Assembly (NCBI RefSeq): GCF_009914755.1
Contig: NC_060932.1
Length of the DNA stretch: 64,000 nt
DNA from: the human T2T-CHM13v2.0 reference genome, Homo sapiens
Reading direction: 5' to 3' (one strand)
Shown here: piece by piece, positions 43,184-58,326 of the stretch
Layout: each line of letters opens with the position of its first letter
Numbering within the stretch: position 1 is the first letter of the stretch
Notes under the pieces: generated by a model
What the model saw: only the letters and a program-made list of their open reading frames with translations
Databases searched by the model: none
Told to the model about the DNA's origin: nothing
Position numbers and translations under genes: made by a program

Positions 43184-44610
43184 TGTCCACATTATATTGT
43201 CATACTCTTTCTGCCAGGTTTGGAGACTCTAATGTGATTGAGGGTTTCCAACCCTTAGATAGTTTTAGCTTAGAAAACTTCTTTACACAATGTTCCACCT
43301 TACTGTGATTCATTGACCTGTCTATTCGTGGTTTCAGGGATCATGAAGAGTATCATTAAACAGTAGATGAGTGGTTATTCTAAATTCTTATCTTTTCTCT
43401 TTTACACAAAGCATTGCCCAATAATTTACAGCATTGAATGGCATTTTCTTTTAAAGGTCCATATATGACTCTAAATGTAGGACATTGTATGTTAATACAT
43501 TAAACGTAAGTATTTATACTCTAGCAAAGTAAAAGGAGATGTATACCTAAAATTATATTTAATCTCCCTAGGGAAAGTTTTTAACTTCTGCAATGTTAGC
43601 TGTCTAAATCCAACCTCTTTTTTCAATAATATTAGGAAAAGCACTGATCAGTTTATAATTTCCAGTGATAAGGAGACTTTTATTAACAGAGAAAAACAAA
43701 TGCCACAGGTGTTTTACTTCTATGTAAAACACGTATACATTTTAAATGATCCAAAATAGGCATTGTTCAATTCTGGAACCATTTTGACTTTGTGTTAATT
43801 GATCCAAGAAACTACTAGATTTGCAGTTAACGCAAGAACACTAAGTTACAGTTGTTTCAGATAGTTGATTAGAGAGCACAATATATATTCATGAATATTG
43901 GAAAACATATTAACAAGAAACAATGTTTTGTTATGCAAATTTGAACTATCCTCTGGTAGTATGGTATTCCATTTGAAATGTTTGAAAATAACAGCATGGT
44001 ACACTTGACAAATGGTATTATTTGGAGTCAGAAGACATGAATTTCAGGACTAGATGCACATGTGTTGACTGGTTAAGCTTGGATAAGTCATCTCTTTTTT
44101 GTGCCAGTTTCCTTCCTGGGCAAAATGGCTTCACACTACTGACCTTACAGAATTACAAGAATTAAATGAGAAAATCGTTTTAGTGGCTTATAACCCCACA
44201 ACACCATTTGAATTTATTAACTTTTTAATTACACAAAGCTGTATACAAAATGTACAGTTAGCAATGTTAGATAAAATACAGACTGTATTAGAATCAAAAT
44301 ATTGCAAAAAAGATCATTCAAGATTGCAATCAACTTGCCTTTAAAAGCATGTTCAAGAAGTATTTCCGTGTGATCCAAGGAGAAAACTTCACAGAAAACC
44401 TTGGAAAATTTAATAACAAAAAAGATCAATGGAATTTACTCATTTACTGGTCTCAGGTAGAGTGTGCCTTTTAAAATTATTTTCTGATTCAACTGTAACC
44501 AAAGATTTATTTGAAGTCAGAGTAGAAATTATAGGCAGAGTTTATGAGTTTTGAGTAGTTTAAACAGTACAGGGAACAGATACACTACCAGCCTATAAGA
44601 ATTATTTGTG

Positions 44611-44923
<313 letters not shown>

Positions 44924-46827
44924 AAGAATTATTTGTGTAGATTTCAAATCTATCCCTTCTTAGAAATGAATAGGCACCTTACTTTGGTTTTATATACTGT
45001 ACATCTGTCAAAGTTAAGCATAATGAAAAGGAAGGCTGGAGGTTGAATCAAGACATGGAGCAAGATCTTCTCTGGTCCTCTGGTTATTGATCTTTGTAGA
45101 GCTACTGAAAGGTGCTGGTGAGAATATGGCCCTGAATTTGTTATCAGGTTTTGCCTCTGGGTAGCCCAGAAATTTTAGCCCCCTAGGGAAGACCAAATAT
45201 TTTTGTTAGCATCAACTACTTAGTAACTATAAGTTTTGATTCATGAACAAGGAAAAAGAAGAATTGTTTTCATGAGGGCAATTTAGAAAGAAACAGGTAA
45301 ATACCAGAAAATGTTTGAAGTTACTACTAATCTAAAATGAAAATTTAATATTCAGTAATAAAATACAACACACATATTACATTTTTCAGTTTCTTTTCTT
45401 GTGTTTTAAACCACGTTTGTTGACAGTAAAATATAAGCATCAAGTCAGAAGTTTAGCCATCAGGTAATGATTTATTAGAATGTGGTGTATCTACCTGAGA
45501 AAATGCCCCACAGCCATTAAAATAAACATTACGAAGACCATTTAACAGGCCTGAGAAATGTTTGTTTTTAATATAAACCAAAGAGAATGAGCTAGAATAC
45601 ATGACTGTACATATATTATGTTTTCAATTATGTGAAAAATATGGATGCTTATAAAAACAGATTAAAGAATTATAGTAGTTGTTCTGGGGTCTGAGACTTA
45701 GAATTGTAGTTTTTTTATGTACTTTTTTTTCCCAAAATGTTACTTTATTATTGCTAAAGCTTAATAATAACAAGTTCTTTTTTAAAAAAGACACTTAAAA
45801 TAATGTTTGCTTTGTTAATATGCCTTTGTCCAAAAGGCACTTAGTTTTTAAATTAAATTACCTTTGTCCAAAAACAATTATTGTTTAAGAACAGTAGATG
45901 AAATCAAATGTCCTTATTCTTCCTAGAGAAAAGTTGTCTATTTTATCAAATAAACTACTATTAAAATTAATATTACCAGTTTTTAGCTTTTGCTAGCTAA
46001 TAAAGTTACATATGTCAGATATTATTTAAAGCATTAAAAGGCAAAATAAGAAAAGGGTACATAGAAAATAGAAATGTTTATTAAATAAAGAAATTAAATT
46101 CTCAAATTTTCTCCATGAGTTGGTTTTATTAAAATTGGACTGAATTTTTTAAATTTATTACTTGACAGCAGGTGTTTTAGAGTTTTCACTGTAAAATGGA
46201 CCTTGAGGAAAGAATTATTATTATATGTTTGGCTTCATTATAAACCATTATCTATTTGATGAGTAAGTATTTGGGAGAAAATTATCCTGACCAAGAAATA
46301 TTAGGGAAAATTAAGGGCTATTAAAGGAAAGGAGTGGAAATATAAATCCAAAGGGTAAGGAACAAGAAAAACAAGAGGAAGGAAAAAAATTAAAGCTTTT
46401 CACTAGCCTGGAGATTTAGATTCCATTTAATTCTGCTGGATTGCCATTTCTGCTGTCAGTCTACAATCTTAAATGAACTAGTTCCTTAGTCTCAATACTA
46501 TTTGCCAATCTAATATTTGATAAAGGTAAAATTTCTTTGATTTACTGTAGGCCGAATTCTGATGAGAAGGCCAATACCTGTCTTTCTTGGGCTGCCTTTC
46601 ACCTACTTCCCTCTATATTTTGAAGAACCCCTATATCCCATCTTGCAATCGCAGAAAGCCTTCCCCGCTTTCTATCCTTGTCTTGTTATGTTTTTGTACA
46701 TTAGGACAACATCCAGTCTTCCCTCCTTTTATTTCTAATTGACTCAAGAGTGCCCAATGAAAATTAAGAAAGTCTTCAGGTCCATTAAAAGTTGTAAAAT
46801 TAAAAATTATGCCCTCGTGTTAGCCCA

Positions 46828-47302
46828 TGTTACTGGTGGAGGATGTCCAGGTTCTTGAACAAATAATTGGGCAAAACGCACAAACAAAGGAAGGAAAGAA
46901 TGAAGTAACAAAAGCAGAGGTTTGTGGAAAATGAAAGTATACTCCACAGGGTGGGAGCCAACCGAGCATAAGGGCTCAAGAGCCTGGTGACAGAATTTTC
47001 TGGGGTTTAAATACTCTCTACAGGTTTCCCATTGGTTGCTTGGCATACACCCTATGTATATTAAGTAGTGGCCCACAATCAGTCCGATTGGTTGCGGGAG
47101 GGGACCAATCAGAGGTACTTTCAATTTTTCATCGGCCATGCAGAAAAAGGTGGCAGGATGAGGAGGGGCGCAAAGGGAGTAGCCTCTGGTCCTTTTGTTA
47201 CTTGGGCGTAGAAAGGTGGGGTTTTCCTTTTTATTTAGTTCTAGGAAGTCAGCATGAAACAGCCTTAGGTTCCCTGCCTCCAGACCCTATTCTCCTGCCT
47301 CA
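46828..47302 (-). mobile_element. MER51-family ERV1 solo LTR
   Basis: TGTTACTGGTGGAGG...CCAGACCCTATTCTCCTGCCTCA with several CCAAT/ATTGG boxes. TSD CCCA/CGCA. Confidence 0.82.
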
Positions 47303-47433
47303 CGCATTCCCAATTTTGTTTTGTGAATGACCTATCACATTAAAATATTTAAGTCCTGATGCTGCCCAACGTCCCATCAAAGTGGAAGAAAGAATTGGTA
47401 AAACGTTACCCAATACCTTGGTGAAAGTCATCC

Positions 47434-47735
47434 AGCCAGGCTTGGTGGCTCATGCGTATAATCCCATTATTTTAGGAGCCCAAGTTGGGCAGATCACTTC
47501 AGTCCAAGAGTTCGAGACCAGGCTGGGCAATATGGCAAAATGCTATCTCTACAAAAAATACAAAAAAATTTATCCAGGCACGGTGGCATGCAGTAGTCCC
47601 AGCTACTTGGGAGGCTGAGGTGGGAGAATTGCTTGAGCCCAGGAGGCAGAGGTTGCAGTGAGGTCACACCACTGGTCTCCAGCCTGGGTGACAGAGTGAC
47701 ACTCTGTCTCAAAAAAACAAGAGAGAGAGAAAGAA
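47434..47735 (+). mobile_element. AluJ
   Basis: Diverged Alu dimer with TTGAGCCCAGGAG. Confidence 0.9.
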
Positions 47736-50161
47736 AATTAGTCATTTTCCTTTGAAGTAGCTCACCAAAATATTCAGAGAACAGGCCACTCACCATAGGA
47801 ATTTATACCAAAGGAAAGTTGTTTAGTAAAGTACTAAGTATATTACTAAAATGTATGCCCCATACTAAAAGCATATCATAAATACAGTGAGCAAGTATGG
47901 CTCTTTCTCAGCATAAGATCAGGCCATGCCACTGTTGGAGGTTTGGTAATCCTTGGCTGGGGGAAGCAATAGAAATATTGATAAACATTTTTGTTTCCTA
48001 TAAAAGTAGTATTAAATTACATTGCAATTAAAGTAGCAGTGAATATAGTGAACTTTACTTGGCCTGTATTTTTACTATAGCACTCTTACATCATTGTATA
48101 TTTTGATTGTGTTTTAGAGATTTTCTTAACCCAATTTATAGATTGGCTTGTTTAGTGAACCTGTAAAACTACACATTGGTGTCCTAGGGAAATGGTCCTG
48201 CTAAAAGAGCTTGCCTTTCATTTCAAGCAGCAACTTCTACTCTAGAAGAGATCAGTCAATTGCCATATTTTCTTTTCACTCAATAGTTTTGGGTGTTATA
48301 GCTCATGCAAAGTGCCTTTGTATTTTGGTTCACTGACTTAAGGTGCTCTGTGAATTCAACTTATAAATAACTAATGTAGATCTTGTTTTGTGATTGAAAT
48401 GAGGGGCAGGTCTAGCTGACCCTTTTGATTCTCAAGCCCCTAGTGGTATGGATGATATTCATAACCCTTTTCAGCCTCATCCTGCCTGTGCTCTTTGAAG
48501 TAAACTATTATGTGTTGACATCCATGACCTGTTCTTTGCTAGCTGTTCTTCAGCTCTAATGGACTTTGCTTAGTCACAGAAGATGGCACCTCTCTTGAAC
48601 TCTGTCTCATTTCATTTCTTTTCCTTTCCAGATATCTCTTAGTTTTTTCCCCAGCATGTTCTAAATCATTTTCGAATACCCTAAGTCTCTAATGTAGGAG
48701 ATATTCTTAATACTAAGGAATTTTGCTTTAAATTTGGTTTAATAGTGCTTTTTGCGCTTCCCTCACCTCACAGTATAATAGTTTTAAATGTCTCTAAATG
48801 AATATTTGGAAACCAGTCTATCTTAACTTTTATTATATTTCATATATTATTTCCTAAAAATAGATGATCACATTTTCATCTGTATGTATAAACAAGATGT
48901 AATTTTATGAATTAACCTATTATAGAACTTGTTTTTTTTATTTTCTTCCCATTCTAGTTTCTCATTTCTGACTTTCATATTAGATTGTTTTTATTGACTG
49001 TTTTAAAGTAATTATAAGAATGTAATCCAATATTTTATTCTGTCACAATAAAATATGTAACAATCATAATTCTAAGTCAATAATGCTATTTTCTTTATAG
49101 TGAATAACGTAATTACATGTCTAGTTCACTGGAAAATAGTCATGAAAATGAGGAAATGTATCCCAGTATTTTTTCATTGACCTTTTAGGTTACTCAAATG
49201 TGCTGTCATATAAAAATCTGTTGTATATGTGGATGCAGTACAAATAATATGAAGCTTCTGAATCTATGAATTATATATTTTTATAAATGAGTTAACCCTT
49301 ATACCTTGATTCCTTTCATTGTTTAATGGAAATTAATTGATTGTGGTGAATATCATTTTTCACTTTTCCGCAAAGGTTTTAAGTTTTATTGATTTTTTTG
49401 TTAAATATGCTTGTAATATCTAACTATAAAATATCTCTAGTCTCAATTTGCAAATCTAACAAATGGTCAGAATAATTAAAAGATATCTTGATAAATATTT
49501 CCCACCGTAAGTAGTCAACAGTTTTATCCTCACGCTAGCTTCATGTCATTCAAACTGTCTCCTTTTGTCTGCAATCAGAGGAGACTTTGTTACTGAAAAG
49601 ATTCTTAAAGTGAGCTGAAGCACCATATTGATTTGTCTGTCATAGCTGTTTTCTTGAAGCTGGTTTTACTTTTTATCTTGCTGGGCTGTTTACTGTTTGA
49701 ACAGTAATTTTATTTCTTTGTTCCTGTTCTGCAAGATCTTTTCCTCTTTTAAACTAATGTGCTAATAAGTGTTTGATGTGTAAGAGGAATATTTCTGTTC
49801 ATAAGAAGTGTAAATCTGTTTTACCAAGCAAAGAAATATATTTAGGAATGAAGGTCAGCATAATTTCAACAAATTGCATGGTACTGTTGGAGCAAAGCTC
49901 CTTGTCCTTTCATACCTTACAAATGAGTTCCTCTTGGAGGTCACACTCTAAAGTCCAGAAAGCATAGACTATATTAGCATCTATTTTCTTAGTGAAAATT
50001 AAATCTGCCAATAAATACCTGCATCTGAATATTAGAGAACAGCAGCAGAAAGAAAACATTTATTGAAATTTTCTACCAGGACATTCTGTTCAACATTTCA
50101 CATATTTGATAGAACTCTCGGGCATCAAACCAACTCTCAGTCCCATTTGTGTTTTGTAAAG

Positions 50162-50319
50162 GTTATTTGATTACCACGGGCGTGTGCCTCCACCTCCCCG
50201 TGCAGTAATTCCGCTGAAGCGTCCCAGAGTGGCAGTCACAACGACTCGCAGGGGGAAAGGAGTCTTTTCCATGAAAGGTGGATCGAGATCTACTGCCAGT
50301 GGGTCAACAGGTTCTAAAT
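50162..50319 (+). CDS. RALYL: RALYL internal coding exon, 158 nt, phase 2-1; polyproline, basic KRPR motif, Gly/Ser-rich linker
   Basis: AAG acceptor; encodes [52 protein letters not shown]; donor AAT|GTAAGT; locally GC/CpG-rich. Confidence 0.96.
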
Positions 50320-52055
50320 GTAAGTAATGTCCTTCATTTTATTTCTCTTTAAAGAAGGGAGTGATTAACTATCATTGCACGAATGCCTATATTCAATAAA
50401 TTAACCAGATAGTTATGAAGGACCTGCTATGTATAAAGTGTTAGAAAATCATAAGATGGATAAAAAATGGTCTCTGCTTTCCACCATACTGTGTTGCAGT
50501 AGGGGAGACAAACACAAAAATGTCTAACAAAAATCCAGGACCAATTTGAAAAGTATTTTATCAGAGCAAATAACACTGTGCTCTTGGCTTAGCTTGTGAT
50601 ATATTAAAGTACTGAAATATAATATGTTGCTTTTAATGAAGAAATAATTTTACTTCCAAAGGGAGTGCATAAACTGTCTTTTCAGAGAAACATACAAAAT
50701 TAGTTCATGGTTTGAATATTTGAGCAATTAAGAGAGGCAAACTATAGAGATGTTAAAAGCATAATTTACCATACAGTGATAAATTATGATAAGATATATG
50801 TATCTGAAGATATATTTAATGTCATAAAAAGTAAAATAATATTTGCATAGTTTCACATTAATTAGTAAAAAGCAGCGATACAAACTTTCCAACTAAACAC
50901 ATTGCTAAATTTTTATATGGAGTGATACAGAAAAAAATTTTATTTGTTAGAATATTATTCATAAAGAAAGGATAACAAAATTTCCCATATTCCTTGAGAT
51001 TGCCTTTTATCAGAAAACAAACAGATAATAAGCTGACCTATAGGTAAAAGAATAAACACATAGAGAAAGTTGAGAACACTATATTTCATTGACTGAGGTG
51101 ACATTTGAGTGGAAACCTAAAGGAAGTGAGGAAAAGAGAAAGTGACCTTGAAACTGTCAGAGACAGAGCATTCTGTGGAGAGAAAATGGTCAGTGCAGAG
51201 ACCTTAAATTGAATAGTCAAGGAACAATAAGGAAGCCAGTGTGGCTGCAACAGAGCCGAGCCAGAGAGAGAAAGTCTGGCTGGGGATCAGGTCAGAGAGT
51301 TAGACACAGGGCAAGTTCCAATGCAGCTTGGTAAGCCGCCGTAGAGACTTGGATTTACTCTGCATCCCAACCATTTAAGACAAGTAAGGCAAATACTATT
51401 ATCCCAGTTTTATTGATGAGTAAACACAGAAAGTCATATAGCTAATAGACATAGTAGAGTCTCTTAGTTCTTATGCCTATGTGCTATCTGCTGTAGAACA
51501 CTGCCTTTTATTTCAGCACTATACTGAGATAGAATCACTATTGAAACACTTTGTTTTTACAAAATGCAGTTCAAAATGCAGGAAGGTACTGATGCTTCTG
51601 AAAAGGCTAAAGTTTGTTGTACTCAACAAACTTTGTGGACCTAACTAAGATAACTTCAATAGCACACTAAATAGATTTATGGATTTCTATGTAATTATGT
51701 ATTCATGTATCTATTCTGTAGATAGATAAATATGAATTCCATTTTGAGTCTTAGTAATAAAAGAAAAGGAGTTTCTGCAACTCGTTGGAGGTTAGGTCAC
51801 CCCAATGTGGAGTATACACAAGTTTCTATCTCTCAAAAAGTCTCCAAGTGTTGAAAATTTCAATGACTTATTTCTTACATTGGAAAAAATAAACCATGAA
51901 GGGACTTTTATAGAAAGACAAATTACCAAAGTCAGCTACTTGGAGAAATAATGTGAAGAGACTTTACAGTTTGTAACCATTACAACATGTAACATAAGAA
52001 TCTATCCTTAAGTCCAATGGTAAATCACACATGAGGTTTAATTTCATCTTTTCTT

Positions 52056-52086
<31 letters not shown>
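52056..52086. repeat. (TG)n microsatellite, interrupted once
   Basis: Read directly from the sequence. Confidence 0.9.
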
Positions 52087-54812
52087 AAGATGCGACAGTC
52101 TTGAAAAAAGGCTAAATCTGAAAATTGGACTACTAAATACAAACTAGAGATATTTTGAAAGAAATGTGGTGTGTTTTATTTTTTAGCAGCAATCATTCTT
52201 TGGAACTGTGCATCCTAGAGTATCTCTGTTATGCTGGAAAGATATAGATAAGCAATAGGTAGAAATATAAATTATGGGATAAAAAGATTTTGTAAGGACA
52301 ATCAAGACAAATGATCATTTAAAATCTATTCAGCATGTTATAATTGTGTTAATTTTACTTACTTTTGTGAAGTGGTGTATCTTTATTATATTGAGGTTAA
52401 ATCAAAAGGAAATGTTTCATATAAAGCACTGGGGAAAATCACTTTAAAAGATTTATCCTAAGGATTAAATCTAAGCTTGGAGGTAGAATAGTCATGTGGT
52501 TTCCAGCATCAATAAGATAGCTCCAAGGGATTACTGCAGAGAGACAGGCAAGCCATAGGCTATAGGTGCAACCCCAGTAAGATACTTGAGTCAGGGAGCT
52601 TGGCAGGCCTGGTTTACATGGTAGAAAACAGGGGCCCCTGGGCCTGCTCCAAGCCAGCCCTGCAGCAGAGCTTCTGTGTAGTAGTCAATGTCATGGTCAG
52701 TCACATCCCAGAGAGTACCCAGAAACAAGGGGCAGCCAGCCATGATGTACTTGAGCATGATGCCAGCCCCCTGTTATTATAGAAAGACAACAGACTGATC
52801 TATTCTATTCATTTCATATAGTTCTATAAATTTAGAGCTCAAGTCACAAAAGCTAACTGTTGATTAGTGTTACTTTAGTGAAACATTAATAAAAATTTAT
52901 AATTCACTGGCAAGCATAACTAGAATCATGATTTAATATTCTTTTTAGGAGCATATTGGCAGATTACATTATGTATACATATATGTAAATAAAATATATA
53001 TGTGCATGTATAAATATTCATTAATTTATAGTACTTTTTATAATTAGGTTGGTTTCTGGAAATAACAAAAGTTTCTAACTCAAATCACAAATGAAAAGTA
53101 TCAGTGAAATTTAAAATATACTATGTTAATATTGAAATAATTTGAATAAAGATTTACTAAGGTATATAGCTTGCTCTTTAATTAATAGCTCTTTCCAGCA
53201 TTTAATGGTTTGGCAAGTTCAGAAGAGGAAATTAATGTTATAGCTTGGATAATTTGTCATTTCTTATTTCAGAATTTGTAATATGACTGAATTCTGCTAA
53301 GGAGAAAACTATATAAAGAAAATATATTAATGTCATAATTTACCAAAAATGAATACTGATAAGCATTTAAAATGAACTGCTTTAAATAGATTGCCACTAG
53401 GCATTTCTGTCCCTTTTAAAATCAAATTGAACTAAAACTATAATCAGCTTGTCCTTTCCTGACATCATAGAGTCATAAAATAAAGAAAATGTGACATTGC
53501 AGATTAGCATTTTACAAAAGAGAAAACATGAATATCAGTGAGCTTTAGCTGTAGTTTCTTAGTGGAAAAATTGATGCCCTCTGGAAAAAAAAATTCGATC
53601 AAGTCAATTTCTTTAAAGAATTAATTTAAATTCTAATGTCTAACAAGAAAGACTCTAGTAAGTTTGAATGCCTTTGGGGACCTGTCAATGCACTTTCAGT
53701 GACAGAATAGGTGACAAACTAATATAAATGCCCTGAAGCATCTAACAGGAAATTAAAGACAATTCAATTAAAGTTAAAATTGAGAATTTATCCCCAATGC
53801 TAAGAAGGCTTTCTTATGTTGGGTTCCTCCCCTCAAAAGTATGATTGAAATACAGCGATAAAGCATCAACCAGAGAAATAATATTAATACTCAGCAACAT
53901 ATCATTAAACATTCCCATCCATCCATTATCCTAGGCAAAGTATATTCTGCTTTAGAGATTTTTAAAGAGAGAATGTACTATTGGCCGGAAAGGTTAGAGA
54001 AGGCTTAACAGAGGATTTTGAACTGAGTTTAGATGAGCCAGTAGATTCTGAAAGATAGAATGAGAGATACTTGCTTTCTGGGAGACAAGATCTGGGTGGA
54101 GAAGAACAGAGGCTTTCCTGTCAGATTGCCTGGAGTGGAGTCTGTTCCATAGTATACTACCATCGTGGCCTTGGGGAAATCCTTTAACCCCTATATACCT
54201 CTAATTTCTACCTGGAAATTGAAAATAATATACTGTGTATCCAATAGTTATTGTAAGAATTGAATTACTTATGTATATAAAATGCTTAGGCACATAGTAA
54301 TGTTCAATGAGGTTAATTATTGCTACTACTATAATTATTATAGCAGTTAAGAGTATTAAATATGAAATTGCTGAACCTAGAATCCAATAGTGCCTCAGCC
54401 ATTTATTATGTGTGTTTTGCAGCAAGGTACTTGCTTGCTGTGCCTTAGTTTCCTCATCTATAAAATGGGAATGATAATCTTACTGCCTTCTCTGTAGAGT
54501 TCTGAGGATTGAATGAGCCAGCACATGTAGAGCTCTTAGAACAGTGTCGGCTAATATAAAAGCCTTAATAGATAATACTGTGACAGTAAAAATAATAACT
54601 ATTATTATCTGAAGTGAAGATTTACTGCTAGGAATGTCAGTTAATAAACTGAGGACATTATTATTAAACAAGATATAAAAATGGGTAAAAGGATAATGAA
54701 AAACTGTGCAGAGTATTGAAGGGTTCAGATTTCATGCAGGGCCAAGATAAAAAAATTCTCAGCAAAGTGCTACCTGCTCAAAATGATATTTTAGGACATC
54801 TATATGATGGGT

Positions 54813-55076
54813 GGCATTAGTTGGCGAGGGCTGCCATAACAAAGTACCACAGTTCGGGTGGCTTAAACAACAGAAATTTATTTTATCACAATGATGGAGG
54901 CTGAAAGTTGGAGATCAAAGTGTCAGAAGGCTTGGTTCCTTCTGATGGCTGTGAGGTAAGGATCTGTGTCAGTCCTCTCTCCTTGACTGGTAGATGACCA
55001 TCTTCTCCCCATGTCTTCACACTGTTTTCTCTCTTTGTGTGTCTTGTCTAATAAATTTCCTCTTGTTATAAGGACA
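54813..55076 (-). mobile_element. MLT1 MaLR LTR, truncated
   Basis: gggctgccataacaaagtaccaca...ggcttaaacaacagaaatttatt motif; homology stops after ttataaggaca. Confidence 0.85.
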
Positions 55077-55090
55077 AGTTTAGACCCCTC

Positions 55091-56875
55091 TATGTTACAA
55101 GGGCATCACCTGTCCTCTAACTTCAGGCCAGTTGTTCGTTTTTTTATTATGGGACTTACACTTTTCTGCTTCATGTTATAGTTATTTGTATGCACATCTA
55201 ATCTTTCTATTTTCAATTACAAATTCATTCAAGTTAATTATGCTTTGCACAGATTATACTCTTAAACATTTGTGAAATGTGACATCACTACTATTTTTGC
55301 TTTTTGCATTTTACTTTTTGTCATACATTTTATATTTGACTTTGAACCAAATCTTTAGAAATGCTACAGTTCAGAGAAAATTAGTTACAGAATATGTTGC
55401 ATCAGTCGGTGAAACAAGGGGACAAATTCTGGCCTACACTCCAGGGTCTAAAAGAAATCAGTATGACGTGTATTTTCAAGCTATGTGATTTGAGATCTGC
55501 TACTTCTGTTACTTAGAAGACTGTTTTTGCTTGCTGAAATCTAAAGTATCTTTTCAGTCATAACTCAAAAACTCATTCTTTTGTGACTATTTTCACAATC
55601 AGTTATCATCAAAACTAATTTATCTTTTTTCTTTGCCCACATAGCTGATACAAGTTCAATTAATCAGCACCTAACACAGACAGGTACTAATTTTCCATTG
55701 ACGAAATAGACATGAGCCCTGAGGAACTATTTCATAGACAAAATAGACATGATCTTTCATTTTCAGGCACTTATATCTGGTCGGGGGCAGGGGGGACCAG
55801 AAAATTTAAAAATGTGAGATAATTTCAATATCAGGTGACAGAACATTTTTACTATTTCTCTTTTTTTTGTATTTTATATGCATAATAATAAATTAGTTAC
55901 ATGTTTCTTGTCTGTCACTAGTTATAGAGTCCATGAGACCAGGGAGGCAGTTCACCATGATGGGCAGTGGGGGGTAGGAGGGTGGGACCTATATACCCAT
56001 GGCTTTGGAGTCAGGCAGCCCACTCTAAACTTGAATTGTTGCCTATTGGCTAAAGCAATCTTTTTAAAGAACACTTAAAAAATTTTTTTAGAAATAGAGT
56101 ATCACTCTGTCACCCAGGCTGGAATGCAGTGGCATGTAACCTCAAACTCCTGCACTCAAGCTATCCTCCCACCTCAGCCTCCTGAAGAACCAGGAATACA
56201 GGTGCATACCACCATGCCTGGCTAATTTCCTTATTTTTTGTGGAGTTAGGGATCTCAGCATGTTGCCCAGGCTGATCGTAAACTCCTGGCTCAAGCAACT
56301 CTCCTGCCTCAGCCTCCTAAAGCACTGGGATTAGAGGCTGAACAACTATGCCCAGCCTGCTAAGCAATCTTAATTAAACACATTACTTAACTTCTCTAAT
56401 ATTCACTATTCAAATCCAAAAGTAAGTTTAACAATTCTGATTTGCATATTGGGAATAAATTAAATGATACACTTGCAGCTTCTAATGAAATGCAAGATGA
56501 ACAGATGCATATAGTAGGCATTTAATGAATACTTACTGAATAAAATCCACTCATTCTCCATTTCATTTTCTTTCTAAAAAATATAGAAAGAATGGGTATA
56601 GATGTATGTAGGCATAAGTATTATGAATACATATATATGCATATATATGTAATTCCCTGTTCTAGGAAATTTCATCTATGGGGTGGGTGATAACCAGTTG
56701 CTGCAATTTATTTTAGCAAAATACTTTAAAGTTTGACTTTTGAAAACTATTTTCTAGACTAGCAAATTAGCCTTTTCATATTAAATTAGCTTCAAAAATT
56801 GTATTATGTATTATGTTACAAGGGTATCACCTGTCCTATAACTTCAGGCCAGTTGTTCATTTTCTTATTATAGGA
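55091..56875. repeat. Non-tandem 64-bp direct duplication (55091-55154 and 56812-56875)
   Basis: 59/64 identical with no gaps, by hand alignment. Confidence 0.92.
56063..56357 (-). mobile_element. AluJ
   Basis: Diverged antisense Alu. TSD AAGCAATCTT at 56053-56062 and 56362-56371. Confidence 0.88.
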
Positions 56876-57380
56876 TATTTATATATATATATAAAGAAAG
56901 GGACAGATGGGAGCAGAGCGGAGGCGTTGAAGTGATCATGATAAAGAGTTCCAGGAACCTTCCTTTTCTTTTTCTGAATATTATTGAATTAAGCACAGTG
57001 ATTCCTTGATCATATTTTTCACATCAACTGAAGCTGCATGGCACAATAAAAAATATAGAATTGAAAGTAAGAAAATCTAGGTTTGAGCCTAAACTCTTAC
57101 CTGTGCATATCACATGACTTTGGGAAAATCATGTACATCATCAGATTCTCAGATTCTTTATTGTTGAAATACTGTATTTAAAACTGATTTATAAATTAAG
57201 TGATATGCAAATTTTATTTATTTCTTTGTTTTGGACATTCAAATAATGTATAATGGCTGGGGAAAATAAATAACAAATTAATGTGATTTACTGTCAAAGT
57301 CCACATGATTATAAACATTTTTCAGTTTTCTAAATAGTTGATAGGAAGCATGGTATTGGTAAGGGAGGTTATATCTAGAG

Positions 57381-57592
57381 CAGGGTTTCAATAGTTTGGC
57401 ATGATCGGCATTTGGGGTCAGATAATTCTGTGATGCGGTGTGGGCTATCTTGTGCACTGTAGGATGTTGAGCAGACTAAATCCTCACTAGAAGCCAGTAG
57501 GACCACCCCCTCCAAGTCATAACAAGGAAAAATGTCTCCAGACACAGCAGAATCTCTCCTGCAGAGCAAAATCACCATGTTAAGAACCACGG
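57381..57592 (+). mobile_element. MER20 hAT-Charlie DNA transposon
   Basis: cagataattct...tgtgcactgtaggatgtt...aaaatgtctccagaca motifs. 8-bp TSD ATCTAGA(G/C). Confidence 0.85.
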
Positions 57593-58132
57593 ATCTAGAC
57601 AGTTAGCTGAAACTTCTTTATTTACCCTGAATAGACTTGACCCAAAGATGATTAAAATAAATTGAAATATTTTTGGCCACATAAGTCAGAAATGCACAGA
57701 TTTTTATATAGACAGATGATATCATCCCGTGTGCCTAATATTCTTTTTGGATTATATCTTATGTCACAGCAGAAGGCACAATCATTTTGTCAACTGTATC
57801 AGAATGTAATAACATTTATCACCAAATCAATGAACTCTATAGAGAGAGCAGATCTGAAATGACTTAATGTGACTTATTTTTAAAAACAAAGATACTACAG
57901 TGATAGTGATGCAACCTGACTTCTATTTCTCTAGTGTTCTTCTTGCCTAAAAATAAGCTAAAGTAATTTGTCCTAGGAACTTTGTAATTTTTTTAATTTA
58001 TCATTTTGCTGATTTTTGTTTGGTAATTCTAAATTCAAGCCCTATAATCACTCATAGAAAAATAAGTTGTCCTCAACAAGACAACCAGAGATTTTTATTA
58101 TGACAGTATGTTTGCTTTTGTGTATAATTTTT

Positions 58133-58326
58133 TTTTTTTTTTGAGTCAGAGTCTCACTTTGTCACCCAGGCTGGTGTGCAGTGGTGCGATCTTGGCTCGG
58201 TGCAATCTCTGTCTCCTGGGTTCAAGCAATTCTCTGCCTCAGCCTCCCAAGTAGCTGGGATTACAGGTGCGTGCCACCATGCCCAGCTAATTTTTGTATT
58301 TTTAGTAGAGACGGGGTTTTACCATG
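58133..58326 (-). mobile_element. 5'-truncated AluS
   Basis: Right arm and linker only. TSD TTTGTGTATAATTTTT at 58117-58132 and 58327-58342. Confidence 0.92.
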
